Source: Phoronis australis
Taxonomy: Eukaryota > Animalia > Phoronida
DNA length: 64,000 nucleotides
Assembly (NCBI GenBank): GCA_002633005.1
Contig: NMRA01000168.1
Span: forward strand, 561,129 to 625,128
Direction: 5' to 3'
The number at the start of each line of letters is the position of its first letter. Position 1 is the stretch's first letter. Made by a program: the position numbers and the translations under genes. Below the pieces are notes generated by a model. That model ran no database searches. It was given only the letters and a program-made list of their open reading frames with translations, and was not told the origin of the DNA. Shown one piece after another: positions 37,501-47,348 of the stretch.

Positions 37501-40443
37501 TTTCGCAAATCTCAGTCACCCAGTTGAAATGGTCTCTCTCAACGATCTCATCGTCGTTGTCTTAAAGATGGCCAAATCGTCAAGTAGGTATAATAAAATT
37601 GTAATGATATTTTTAAAAGGTTTTATCGGTATTTCGCTTTAAATTAAGTGGCACCGTAGGGGCGGATCCAGGATTTTGAATAGGGGGAAGGCAGGGCACA
37701 GTATTAGCGAGGATTTTGCCCGTGAGACATTCGGCCGGGTACTCTGAACTGCAAAATGGAACCTGGGAGAATTTTAGGGAAGACCATGGCCCCCTTTCCC
37801 CCTAAATCTGCTACTGCATCGTATTGCACAAACTCTGCTCCAAATGACTTTTAGTTTATAAGATAGTATTCATATCAGAAAATGAAGATTTCTTAATATT
37901 CTTTTCTTTTCCATGCAGTTGCTAAAGGAATAACAGCTGTGGCGATGCGAGTAATGTCTAATGGGTTTGAATCCACAGTGATGGCAAACACGTAAGCTAG
38001 TCCCTAACAGGACAAACATGATTTGAGATCAAAGATCTGGAATACTGGATTTAAATGATTCTCAGCTTAGTCACAAGTGGACAACGTGTATTGGTCGAGT
38101 TAAAAAGTCTCGAGGGGTTTTTCCGCTTTGTTCGAAAGTGCATCCGTCTAAATATCTTCACCGAAACACTATCGACGGGGTCCACATTTTCTACGGTCAT
38201 ATCCGTTACTAGAATTGTCCAATGGCGAAAGAGTTTCATCCATTCAACACACATATTCTTCTACAATGTTTTCAATGACATTTCCTGATTCGTATTGATC
38301 GTGTCATCTTATTTATGAGACAGATCAGTTCAGCTAATGTTAATTGCAGCGGTGACATGAAAGCACGAAAAATTTTAAAATGTGCGGCTAATATCGCTTT
38401 TGTTAAACTGGCCCTGGATCGAAAATTGCTGTTGCGTGCCGTAAAAGGTTCAAAATTATCACATGCGAATGTTTTGATGCTGTTATGTTTGTGCATTTCA
38501 ATTGCAGTTGCCCAGTGTACGACAAAAATGAACAGTTATCTTTGGGAAGTGATGTCACATTTTCGAAGTTGGTTGAAGACGATCGAGATTTCACCTCTGC
38601 TTCGTCACCATTTCATTCCACAGTTTTGGGCGATTTGGAAGGTGGAACAATTGCACGCGTGACTTTTGAATTGAATCTTCGGATTTGCTCTAAGCCTAAT
38701 GAGAAATTTTGTTTGAAGGTAATATTACCTGTGCATTTTAAAATAACTGTTTTAGTGCCACTTGCTTGTTTTGCAATGTTTGTCATGAAGTCGTGATGTA
38801 CCGATTTTTAGTTACAATTGTGCGAGCGCTTTTTTCATTACGTTGTTACCACCGATATCGTTATCTCGCTAGTGAGATATCTTTATGGGTTATTACACGG
38901 TTGTATCTGCCATTCCACGCTAATATTGTGGTATAAAATACTGATATTACACATTGCCTATACAGCACACATCACGAATTTTTGGCCGCCCGGTCGGAAA
39001 TTGGTCGACGACTAGCCGTCGACCGGTCGGCTAATTTGCCGACCGGTCGGCTAAAAATTCGTGATGTGTGCTGTATATTTACTCAAACAATTGTTAATCT
39101 ACCTGAGTTTACGGTATTTCGAAAAGGTACTTAGAATACGCGTTACTGTACATGTATGTAACAAAACTAACTACAATATACTTACGCCAATTTGCGGCAT
39201 AAATCACGACTACAAAACCATAAGCAAACTTACATGTATTGATAAATGCGTTGGAGTAAGAATGAGCCAAAATGGCGTGTTTCATCTTTGAAGCATGGTT
39301 TGTCAAACAGTCTCACATATGCAAAAAATATTTAAAGAGGGAGAAAGAAGACGCGATAGACGCTGCATCACAAACACAAACACTACCAACATATGGCGAA
39401 TGAAATAAAACTACCGGAGTGCGTTGGCACTTTCACAATGTTATTCGACAACAAGAACATTGTTCCAAAATGTTTATTATACACAACAGTTTATAAGGAG
39501 CATATCATATTAATTCAACAACAAACGATAATTTTATGGTCATTCCAGAATTTACAATCTATTTCACAAAATTATCAACATTTTAAAAGTAAAATTGACA
39601 TCAGTGGAACAGCAAATTGGTAGCAAAAGACAAATAAAATGTCTCGGTTGTACACTGTACAAGTTGTAGCTGTTTTGGAAAACTTGTGGAACCTGCCTGA
39701 CATATCAATACGTTACCTGGATGATCGAACATAACCATCTCATTTACATTTGTCTTACCACTGATTCATGAACGTCTTTTGCAGACCTCTTGCGGAATGA
39801 AAAGCAGCGATGCAAAGCTTCTTGTGGGAGAGTACACTGAAAGAATTCCTTTGGCTGTATTGATTCCACGTAAGACTATCATTGTCTAATGATAATTATT
39901 TATAACTGTCAAGTTTCTTTATTTGTAATCTTGTCTTAAGTAAAAAAAATAAGACAAATCCTAAACTTAAGTAAAAATGAATTTAAGTAAGTTTCTTGGA
40001 ATAGGGCTCTGTTCATGCTAAACATGAAGATCTTTAATCATTAAAATATTGGCACGAATCGCATTCACCAATTTCTTTTTTTTTTCATTGCAGCCGATTC
40101 AGTCGTTAACGTGGCTTTGATTGCTAGTGTTGTTTCGACATCTGTCGCAGTAGTGATGGCGGTGCTCATGTTTTTTTATTTCTACAAGCGTGCAAAATCT
40201 CGGCAGAAAGTCTCATCACTGAATCCGGATGTCTCCAATTCTTTTGAATTATCAGACACCCTCAGTCCAAAGCAGATGCACATCAGACCAGAAAAACTTG
40301 ATCGCTCTTGGAATGATTTGAAGTTGGAAGATTTGGAAGAAAGTGATCGTGTTACTTGCGAGCCTGGTATTTGTCAGAATCCATATATGATTAAAGTTAA
40401 ACCTTTGTACCTAGCGTGTGACGAGAACGAAGAGAATGTATAA
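4366..40443 (+). CDS. Giant FN3-like-repeat type-I membrane protein (27 coding exons, 5'-incomplete, about 3,560 aa)
   Basis: 27 GT-AG exons join with consistent phases into one open frame (10,676 nt = 2 + 3x3558) ending at TAA 40441-40443. Recurrent motif W/F-x-x-F-x-D-x-ESG-I-x-x-Y...L-x-x-G-x-x-Y-x-V-x-V-x-A-x-N-x-AG...S(D/N)G-x-x-x-D-x-T-x-P; TM helix near the C-terminus. Confidence 0.88.
4680..4886 (+). CDS. Giant gene exon (TGENFFKF...LCSPYYPTC...DACRS)
   Basis: aatttcag acceptor, gtgagt donor, open frame, phase 1/1. Confidence 0.8.
7707..7849 (+). CDS. Giant gene exon (GPENDPTY...RVAALDA)
   Basis: ttattccag acceptor, gtatgt donor, phase 1/0. Confidence 0.75.
8300..9700 (-). mobile_element. 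Highly degraded non-LTR (RTE-like) retrotransposon remnant
   Basis: Frameshifted minus-strand fragments resemble RTE C-terminal motifs (FAGH-x-x-R, W-x-P...GRP) near 8500-8600; boundaries approximate. Confidence 0.35.
10393..10552 (+). CDS. Giant gene exon (IMKKRDF...FFMVGPIPMRF)
   Basis: cctcacccag acceptor, gtaagt donor, phase 0/1; matches the start of ORF 10396. Confidence 0.85.
10773..12497. mobile_element. Non-autonomous hAT-like DNA element
   Basis: TIRs CAGTGGCGGATCT / AGATCCGCCCCTG with G/C runs; near-TSD acttgcc/acttccc. Confidence 0.6.
11731..11836. mobile_element. Mini TIR element (CATGGGCG family) nested in 10773-12497
   Basis: TIR catgggcgacgca / tgcgccgcccacg; perfect 5-bp TSD TGTAA. 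Confidence 0.7.
12584..12654 (+). CDS. Giant gene exon (AIGAGGSMGIRLTVGACFLSMTGF)
   Basis: aatttcag acceptor, gtaagt donor, phase 1/0. Confidence 0.82.
14255..14412 (+). CDS. Giant gene exon (VEVTPYLG...KFPLDV)
   Basis: tattag acceptor, gtatga donor, phase 0/2. Confidence 0.85.
14759..15952 (+). CDS. Giant gene exon: first FN3-like repeats plus PAN/apple domain
   Basis: ORF 14730-15956; caatttcag acceptor, gtaagt donor; PAN motif C-AAE-C...C-LSFDY...C-YL. Confidence 0.93.
16185..16279 (+). CDS. Giant gene exon (VIVDGNGS...NNYIS)
   Basis: tatttcag acceptor, gtattg donor, phase 2/1. Confidence 0.85.
16767..17010 (+). repeat. Dispersed repeat, copy A
   Basis: Alignable by eye to the reverse complement of about 59625-59875. 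Confidence 0.75.
17013..17292. mobile_element. MITE with internal hairpin
   Basis: Imperfect TIRs acataacg..aaat.gtcgtgag / ctcacgacaattt..cgttatgt; 16-bp stem agaccgtccggagttg / caactccggacggtct at about 17037-17079. Confidence 0.6.
17784..18317 (+). CDS. Giant gene exon, FN3-like (ANWDGFKDHETDIWGY...RAVDN)
   Basis: gtttcag acceptor, gtatgt donor; in frame with ORF 17948. Confidence 0.9.
18450..18627 (+). CDS. Giant gene exon (VMLFAASH...WKDFYDPDTGIN)
   Basis: tattctag acceptor, gtaagt donor, phase 1/2; repeat motif present. Confidence 0.88.
20412..20593 (+). CDS. Giant gene exon (EFYVIF...LQHNNTYYTTVVAVN...SSNG)
   Basis: aatttag acceptor, gtaatc donor, phase 2/1; completes the FN3-like repeat. 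Confidence 0.87.
20886..21571 (+). CDS. Giant gene exon, two FN3-like repeats
   Basis: ORF 20816-21709; attgcag acceptor, gtaatt donor. Confidence 0.92.
21724..23141 (+). CDS. Giant gene exon, FN3-like repeats
   Basis: ORF 21778-23145 extended upstream to the tttttag acceptor; gtaaag donor, phase 0/2. Confidence 0.93.
23250..23740. mobile_element. Fold-back MITE
   Basis: Arms are reverse-complementary at both the outer part (gtagaaacggtggtactcccataag) and the inner part (caaatactcccgtaatcca). Confidence 0.7.
24243..27616 (+). CDS. Giant gene 3.4-kb exon: FN3-like repeats with inserted GH16/ConA-like domain
   Basis: ORF 24277-27669; tttttag acceptor, gtgagg donor, phase 2/1. Confidence 0.94.
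27916..28045 (+). CDS. Giant gene exon (EWEIGTEVGKEDV...LDNT)
   Basis: tctttcag acceptor, gtaatg donor; W-x-IGT-x-x-G-x-x-DV repeat motif. Confidence 0.87.
28802..28956 (+). CDS. Giant gene exon (SLSMLSR...EEVCVA)
   Basis: cttcttttcag acceptor, gtaaga donor, phase 2/1. Confidence 0.82.
29097..29198 (+). CDS. Giant gene exon (RKEDSV...EINIS)
   Basis: attttag acceptor, gtaagt donor, phase 1/1. Confidence 0.8.
30596..31484 (-). mobile_element. Solo LTR, copy A
   Basis: TGTCAGA...TCTGACA termini; 5-bp TSD GTGCT; homologous to 58340-59210; strand inferred from AATAAA position. Confidence 0.88.
31537..31684 (+). CDS. Giant gene exon (GSSSVIVG...SRRLRH)
   Basis: aattacag acceptor, gtgaag donor, phase 1/2. 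Confidence 0.82.
31980..32125 (+). CDS. Giant gene exon (YEKYGGESFF...VVMFYDP)
   Basis: tttattag acceptor, gttgga donor, phase 2/1. Confidence 0.83.
32625..32725 (+). CDS. Giant gene exon (DEDKWNELCESC...VHGQ)
   Basis: catttcag acceptor, gtatgt donor, phase 1/0. Confidence 0.82.
33461..33604 (+). CDS. Giant gene exon with furin-type RSRR site (VCNTRH...RSRRD...STQYSL...GAP)
   Basis: tttcccttag acceptor, gtgggt donor, phase 0/0. Confidence 0.78.
33858..33969 (+). CDS. Giant gene exon (KACEWLSC...DVQNK)
   Basis: gttttag acceptor, gtaatt donor; supplies the required phase 0-to-1 change. Confidence 0.72.
34722..35036 (+). CDS. Giant gene exon (DNCFVTTVDSEY...MSLTI)
   Basis: ORF 34742; ttgtgtag acceptor, gtaaaa donor, phase 1/1. 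Confidence 0.75.
37658..37816. mobile_element. Mini hAT-like element (AGGGGCGGATCC family)
   Basis: TIR taggggcggat / atctgctactg; near-TSD caccg/catcg. Confidence 0.55.
37919..37991 (+). CDS. Giant gene exon (VAKGITAV...VMANT)
   Basis: Strong polypyrimidine tract plus gcag acceptor, gtaagc donor, phase 1/2. Confidence 0.75.
38508..38718 (+). CDS. Giant gene exon (CPVYDK...LRICSKPNEKFCLK)
   Basis: ttgcag acceptor, gtaata donor, phase 2/0; ORF 38485. Confidence 0.8.
38858..38938 (+). repeat. Second copy of the SINE-associated body
   Basis: ctagtgagata..tttatgggttattacacggttgtatctgccatt shared with 56387-56465. Confidence 0.7.
38963..39073. mobile_element. Palindromic MITE with TA TSD (Tc1/mariner-type)
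   Basis: TIR CAGCACACATCACGAATTTTT, flanked by TA on both sides. Confidence 0.75.
39785..39869 (+). CDS. Giant gene exon (TSCGMK...IPLAVLIP)
   Basis: cttttgcag acceptor, gtaaga donor, phase 0/1. Confidence 0.8.
40094..40443 (+). CDS. Giant gene terminal exon: TM helix and cytoplasmic tail
   Basis: Poly-T plus gcag acceptor; hydrophobic VALIASVVSTSVAVVMAVLMFFYFY followed by KRAKSR; stop TAA. Confidence 0.88.
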
Positions 40444-40505
40444 ACACTGTCAAGATCCGTTAATACCTAAAACTCGTGCTATATGTGTGTTTTACCAAAT
40501 GCATA

Positions 40506-40511
40506 AATAAA
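40506..40511 (+). terminator. Candidate polyadenylation signal AATAAA
   Basis: AATAAA about 60 nt after the stop codon. Confidence 0.45.
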
Positions 40512-42076
40512 TAGGATGATTGCCAAAAATGTCGTAGTTACTTCATTAAAAAAGAAATCATTGCTGTCAATGTTGAAATCCTACGCGAAGTCCTTTGAAG
40601 TTTAAAAATTTTACCATCCATAGGCATGCGCCATTTTAGAATTCGCAATTTAAAGGCAAGCTAATCTCGATAAAATCGGTAGCTGATGGTTTTGATGTTC
40701 TCGTTGGTAACACAAATGCAATCTTATCATTGTGAGGACTACTAATGGAATTTTTCGTAGATAACCATACCCGATGAAACGCCCATGGGTCTTATTCGGA
40801 AAATTATGGCGATTAAACGCCCATGGGCGCTTATTCGGTGTCTCAACTTCTGATGTGAAATATCTAGACGTTGGGGCGTTTATTGGAACTTTTTACACTT
40901 GAAGCCCAGGCAGCGTCAACTTTTTGTCAAAGATTATGTTTGTGGAACATTTATCATTTAAAAAACGAACAAGGTTTTGTTGAAGTATGCATGGATAAAC
41001 ATAGAATTTAAAAACGCATTTTCAAGTAAAAATGTCAAAGTCAGCAAAACTATGACTTTCCGTTGACACGCCCCACTTTTCCAAATAAACGTCCAGGCGA
41101 TTATCTGGTGTTGCTAAAACGCCTGAGCATTTTCATTTTTCGAATACACGCTTATCAAAGGAATTCCCGGTATTGCTTTAAAAGGTCAATTGTTTAATGC
41201 ACAAACGTTTATTTATTTGGCTAGATATTGTCTTCATTTTAAGCGTCCGCTCAGTATCTCAGAAAATCCTGGTCGAATTTTGATAATTTGGCACAAGGGT
41301 GTGAGGCATTATTAAAATGGTTCATGTCACTTTCAGTGTGCCCCGCCTCCTGGAGTCAGGGAGGCAAGTTCAATATATTTTGTGCAGAAGCGTTTTCGCT
41401 GACTCAGAGGTATACGATATCAATGCGTGGATGGATTCAACCTCTGCAACACCTACTCCCAATTTTGGGGAAGAAAGTTTTGCGGACGATATCAATTGGC
41501 GTATTTCAATGAAACTTCACATAGTTTTATATAATTACCATGGGTCGGCACAATTTTGTTCCTTGGACAAAGGGTGTTTCAAGTGTTGTTTAGGGGAAAA
41601 GAGCTTCTGGATGCTAGAGAAATGATTGGTAGATTTCAATGGAATTTGACTCAGCGGTATATGAAGGCAATGCGGCGGCACCATTTGATTTTCGGGCTGA
41701 TTCGACTACTGCAGCACCTTAGAAACGTTCGGGTGCAACGTGGGCGCATGTCAGCGCTTCAACGGTGCTCTTTTATAAGTAAAACATCAAATGCAACTTT
41801 CTTTTTCATAGTCAGCCAAACGGAGCAAAATCCAGCTTTAACTATTTTAGCTTTATCTAGTATTCATCCATTAAATAACTTACCGGAACGCGACTCGCGT
41901 TTAAACCTGCGTTCACCGAGTAAATAAAAAACGCCCGCCTGCATCCATTTCAGCAAAGGCCCTGTGCTTTTTTAAAGAAAATCTGAAAAAAGCTTGAAAC
42001 CTCATAATTTGCCAAGCCACGTATAATTTTTGCGCGTAGCCGAAGAATTTTCTTATGATGCGACGATATACATATA

Positions 42077-42219
42077 GGTTATCTCACATACACAGGAATA
42101 CTACTGCCATATCCTATCCAAAATTCATTTCATCTGGGAAGGTCTCGTTGGGACATTCCCAGATGAAATGAATTCGAGATGGGATATAGCAGCAGTATTC
42201 CTATGTATGTTGGATAACC
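42077..42219. repeat. About 143-bp imperfect palindrome
   Basis: ggttatc...attcatttcatctgggaa / ttcccagatgaaatgaat...gataacc with a short loop. Confidence 0.8.
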
Positions 42220-42221
42220 AA

Positions 42222-43241
42222 TTTATCCCATATATTTGGACTTATTTGCATCATCGTGGCAATGCCTTGTTGCCGTGTTATCCGGCTTGATGTTATATGA
42301 CGTCATATGTATGTCAAGTAAGTTACCAAACAATCTGTGAAATGTTGAATAACCAGTAAAGTTTTATTTCGTAATAAATTCATCGGAATTCTTAGATTGT
42401 GAAATAAACAAGTTAAAAGCATTGAACCATTCAATTTTTGTCAAAAGTTTGTCGGAAACTTAGCAACAATCCATCCGGGAATATAAAAATTGAAACATTC
42501 CCTGAGCTGAGTTGTCTGCAACAGCTTGTTGTCAGTTTCGATGAATTTCTTAGTTTTCTTGGTCTATTTTCGTTTCTTAGCTTCTTGACTGTACATAGCA
42601 ATAGAAACATTTCCCCGTGTTGATCACAGCATTGGACAATATCGTTGGAAATTGCTGATTTGCAGAACATGAGGTAAGGTCTATCGCAAAGCAGAAGTTT
42701 TACGCTTCGGCCAGCGGCGACGGAGAGATGAACGCTGCGTGCAGACGATTGTCTCAATAAAAACACATACTCGTTATTAGGTCTTGATTTCTTGTAATTA
42801 GATCCCATTGTAGATATACTGTATGCATCCATAACAAAACTTTTTTGTTGGATTTGAATTAGATTTTGGCAGATTTTACTAGCCGGTGACCTTACTCAGT
42901 TTGACCTATTTACATGTTGTATGATGACCCAGATTGAAACTTCAGCGAGGCCCAAAAATGGCTGCCTGATCACCGTGCGTCGGAATTTTCATCGGTAAAC
43001 CTTTTCAGGAACGATGTCTTGTATTAATGATTTAGATAACCCAAATGATTGAGGTCAATAATATTTGGCGTTGTACGCGCGAATTTACTCCACCACCAGA
43101 CTGCACACCAACCGTGAAATACGGCTTCTACCGCTGAATACGGCTTCTACCGTGATATACGGATTGGCTTTTCTTTCCCGTATATCACAGTTGAATACGT
43201 CACATATGCAATAGCCATATTTTCATATATATGGGATAAAT
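42222..43241. mobile_element. Non-autonomous TIR element next to TA/TACA microsatellites
   Basis: TIR atttatcccatatat / atatatgggataaat. Confidence 0.5.
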
Positions 43242-43491
43242 ATACATATACATACACATACATATATACATACATACATACATACATGCATATATTTATC
43301 CTATACGCATGATAGTATGGCCATGAAATACGTCTTATTGTGAGGTTTAATATGGAAGAACCACTTTTCCGTATTCAACGCGCGTTGAATATGGATTTTT
43401 TGTATTCAACGGGCATTGAATACGGATGCCTTCTTTCTCGCATAAGTTCTTTCCTGAGCACACGGTACACTACAATTGGTAGAAACATGAT

Positions 43492-43545
<54 letters not shown>
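43492..43545. repeat. (TA)n microsatellite
   Basis: Read directly from the sequence. Confidence 0.95.
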
Positions 43546-43546
<1 letters not shown>

Positions 43547-43600
43547 CATCACTTTGGATTCAGCTCCGTTCGCAACATTTTCACTATGATATGAATTCTG

Positions 43601-43998
43601 GGCCCGGTCTCTAATCTTTGTACTCGAAACGAACTCGAAACTATTTTGGCAATTCCTCTGCTCCTTTTGTGCGAACTTAAGATAATTGGTTATCAGCCTG
43701 TGCTCGAATACATTATAGTTTATGCATAGGAGTTTCTAGTTCAAGTTTGCCCTTGAAGACCCTTGTATTCGTGATACAAACTCGAGTAAAACCCGAACTT
43801 TCGAGTTCAAACTCGAACTTATTGCTCTAATATTGGGTTTACAAACTGTGAACTAAGGGCAATAAATTATTTACGTAAGTTATTGTGTAGTCGAGCATAG
43901 TATAATAGACACTTATCTTGAGTTCGCCCAAAAGTAGCGTAAAAATGCCAAACCTAATTTCGAGTTCCATTTCGAGTAAAAAGATTGGAGACCGGGCC
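43601..43998. mobile_element. PIF/Harbinger-type MITE, copy B
   Basis: Same TIRs and CTG TSD as 795-1195. Confidence 0.85.
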
Positions 43999-44010
43999 CT
44001 GAACACTTTT

Positions 44011-44115
44011 TAGGTTATACCGCGTACGTGTTTGTACCAGTTGTTATTATATCTCGATTCACGATTCTCGATATATAACCACTGGTACAAACATACATGT
44101 ATATTGTATAACCTA
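44011..44115. repeat. Hairpin/mini-MITE
   Basis: taggttatac...tgtttgtaccagt / actggtacaaaca...gtataaccta. Confidence 0.7.
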
Positions 44116-44570
44116 TATGTACAAAACATTTCATAGTAAAACAGTTGCTGAACGTCGACTAGAATAAAAGGTAGCATGTAAAGGAGCGCATTTTTCAGAA
44201 GGATTTGTCATGGGAACTAAGCTACCACAAAGTGTTATAAAACAGTATGAAATACATAGGTAGTACAAAATATGTACATGGACATTATTTAGATGTCACG
44301 GTACGATGTCCCAGAATCTTAGGAATGTATGTCAGGAGATTCAGTTTTTATTATTAATGTTTCGAGAATTTTCAGCCGAATGGTATCCCGTTTGAAACGG
44401 GTCATTTTTTTGTGGCGCGTGTGAAAGTGGTCCTCAATGAAACCTTTTTGCACTGACTCGATTTATCAGGTCACTTGTGCTCATAACGATTGTATTCGTT
44501 CTAACACAGATAGTTCAAGTTACGTAACACGACATCGTAAAAGTTGCGCGAAAATAATCATCTACATGTA

Positions 44571-45191
<621 letters not shown>

Positions 45192-45811
45192 GTGTGTGTG
45201 TTTGTGTGCTCGTTTTTGCGAAAAAGCAATAGAAATAATAATATCGATGGACTGGGTGTTATGTTATTTAACCACTATTTAGACATGTTAAGCATGTCTC
45301 TGATATGAATTAATTAATTTAGTGAATACAGAGCCAAACAAGGACTAAAAAACTGCGCTTGTAGTCACCAGAGTATAGTTTGCTCTGACCTTCGTATAAA
45401 AATGACGAAATTTAGGGTGAAAATTTATTGAAAATACAGGAATTAATTATTCTTAAAGAAATTAATTCAGCACCATCAATTAGTCAACGCCTGATAAATT
45501 ACATTCCTACGAGAACACGAGAATGGAATTTTTTACTTTGAAGTACGAAATAATCTCGATAATAAACATCGTAAAATTTTTGTTTACATAATTGTCAAGA
45601 TATCAGGGTGTAGACAGGCTAATTTTTTACCTTATCTAAACACATATAGACAAATTTACAGTAATTAATATTGCAAGTTCAAAGTTTTAGCAACTTGACT
45701 ACACAAGGAACACAGCCTCTCTTTCGCCAGAATACGGTTGCTCCAGTAACTAAGGCACAAACTGACCACTGCAACATAAGAATGGCAACTTTGCAAAACC
45801 GTAATTTGAGT

Positions 45812-45819
45812 TATATATA
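45812..45819 (+). promoter_or_regulatory. Candidate TATA box of the Gla-like peptide gene
   Basis: TATATATA about 50 nt upstream of the signal-peptide ATG at 45866. Confidence 0.5.
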
Positions 45820-45865
45820 GTAGCAGGGCTGCTATTAGGAGTCGTGTTTAGGAGACCAGTCTGCG

Positions 45866-45930
45866 ATGATGAGGTTGTCAAACGTGTTGCAAGTATTGGT
45901 CGGCTTTCAGCTGATCAGCTCTATAAAGGG
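45866..45930 (+). CDS. Gla-like prepropeptide exon 1, signal peptide MMRLSNVLQVLVGFQLISSIKG
   Basis: ATG, basic n-region, hydrophobic core, perfect gtaagt donor; phase 2 matches the acceptor at 60710. Confidence 0.65.
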
Positions 45931-47189
45931 GTAAGTCGATTTTAAGGTTCTTGCCAAGTTTTGAACATGCTGATTTTCAGAGATATCACTCAAAATTTGG
46001 AACGGAAAATGGTAAAAAGAAATTGACCTCAGGCCCAAATTGATTTGTAAAAAGTTGTTTGCCAGTGCAATGTTGTCAATTGTTATTTCAAAAATTTGAA
46101 TTCATTCAAAACACCTACCAAAGAATATGATTTGGTTTACTCTTCCGAATGTCCACTTCTTTAGCAAAGCAATGCACCATTAGGTGATCACTCAAATGTA
46201 GCCATTTCAAATCACACATGAAGTGTATTTTCGATTCTGCAAGAAAGCCGCAAGTTGTTGCAAGTTCAGTAGAACAGGATTGTGCGCGGGTATTGTTCGT
46301 ACAGTAGCTGACTGACTTAACGGCGGATTCTAAGTGACGTACCGTACATGTAGAAGAAAGTCAGACAATCAACCCAACTGTGTGTGCTACATTTAGTAAT
46401 CGATGGCATCAATGTGGTTAGAATGAAAATGGGAACAGTCATCCTGAACATGAAAACTTTTTGTACTACAAGTGACTTCTCAATAGCTCAAGGGCTATTC
46501 TTATTGTCATGTTCCAGCACAGAATGGCGCTGTGGCCGCATTTTTAGGCAGAGAGAGAGCCTTTCAATAGTTTGAAGAGATTTCCACTTCTTCACTACAA
46601 CTTACTTCTATTGACTGATATTTCCCTCCCTGTGTTGCCTTGTACAGATGATTGAACTCCAGACATTGAATGCCAACTTCGATCACGCTTGGCTGGGGTT
46701 GCGCTGTGGGTGAACGGGAGCTGTTTCCATTTGTTCTGGAGTTCATTCTTGCTATTGTATGTAGGGATTACCGTGGAATGTTTACTACAAACGGGGTAAG
46801 TTTGGGACTGCAATGAAAAGAAAATATTTCCGAACAAACTTCATTTTTTGGAGAAAATTATGGTCCAATTCCCCCCAAACATTGTCAAACGGATGATCAC
46901 TAGCATGCGATTCCGCCATTTGAGAAGCCGAACGTGGGTACTACTGTTGCCTAGCTGGAACGCGTAACGTGAAGCCATCTAGACCTGGCATTGATTTCAC
47001 AATTTCCTTCAAATATATCAACACGATCAAGCACCACCTGATCCCTAATCCGATACAAAATTAAAACAATGTACCTCGGACAAATGACAAATATATTTTT
47101 AAACTATGCCGATGGAACAAGCGTCACTTTCTTTACTATCGCAACTCCGCCGTTTTTAACCAAATTACACGGGTCACGACGGTGAATGC

Positions 47190-47335
47190 TATATGGGCGG
47201 CACCCACAGGGGGCCGGGGAGATTATAGCCCCCACTTGTTTCAGTGCTGGACCGCCCATGGACATGGACGGCACGCACCATAGGGGGCTAGCGTCATATA
47301 ACCTCCCACTTATTTCACAGCTTCGCCTCCCATGT
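47190..47335 (-). repeat. Tandem pair of CATGGGCG-family mini elements
   Basis: Two units containing cccactt(g/a)tttca...cccatg. Confidence 0.55.
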
Positions 47336-47348
47336 GCTGGAAGCAAAA

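Noticed and set aside
40378-40389. NPxY endocytosis motif
   Set aside because: The sequence is NPYM, which does not fit N-P-x-Y spacing.
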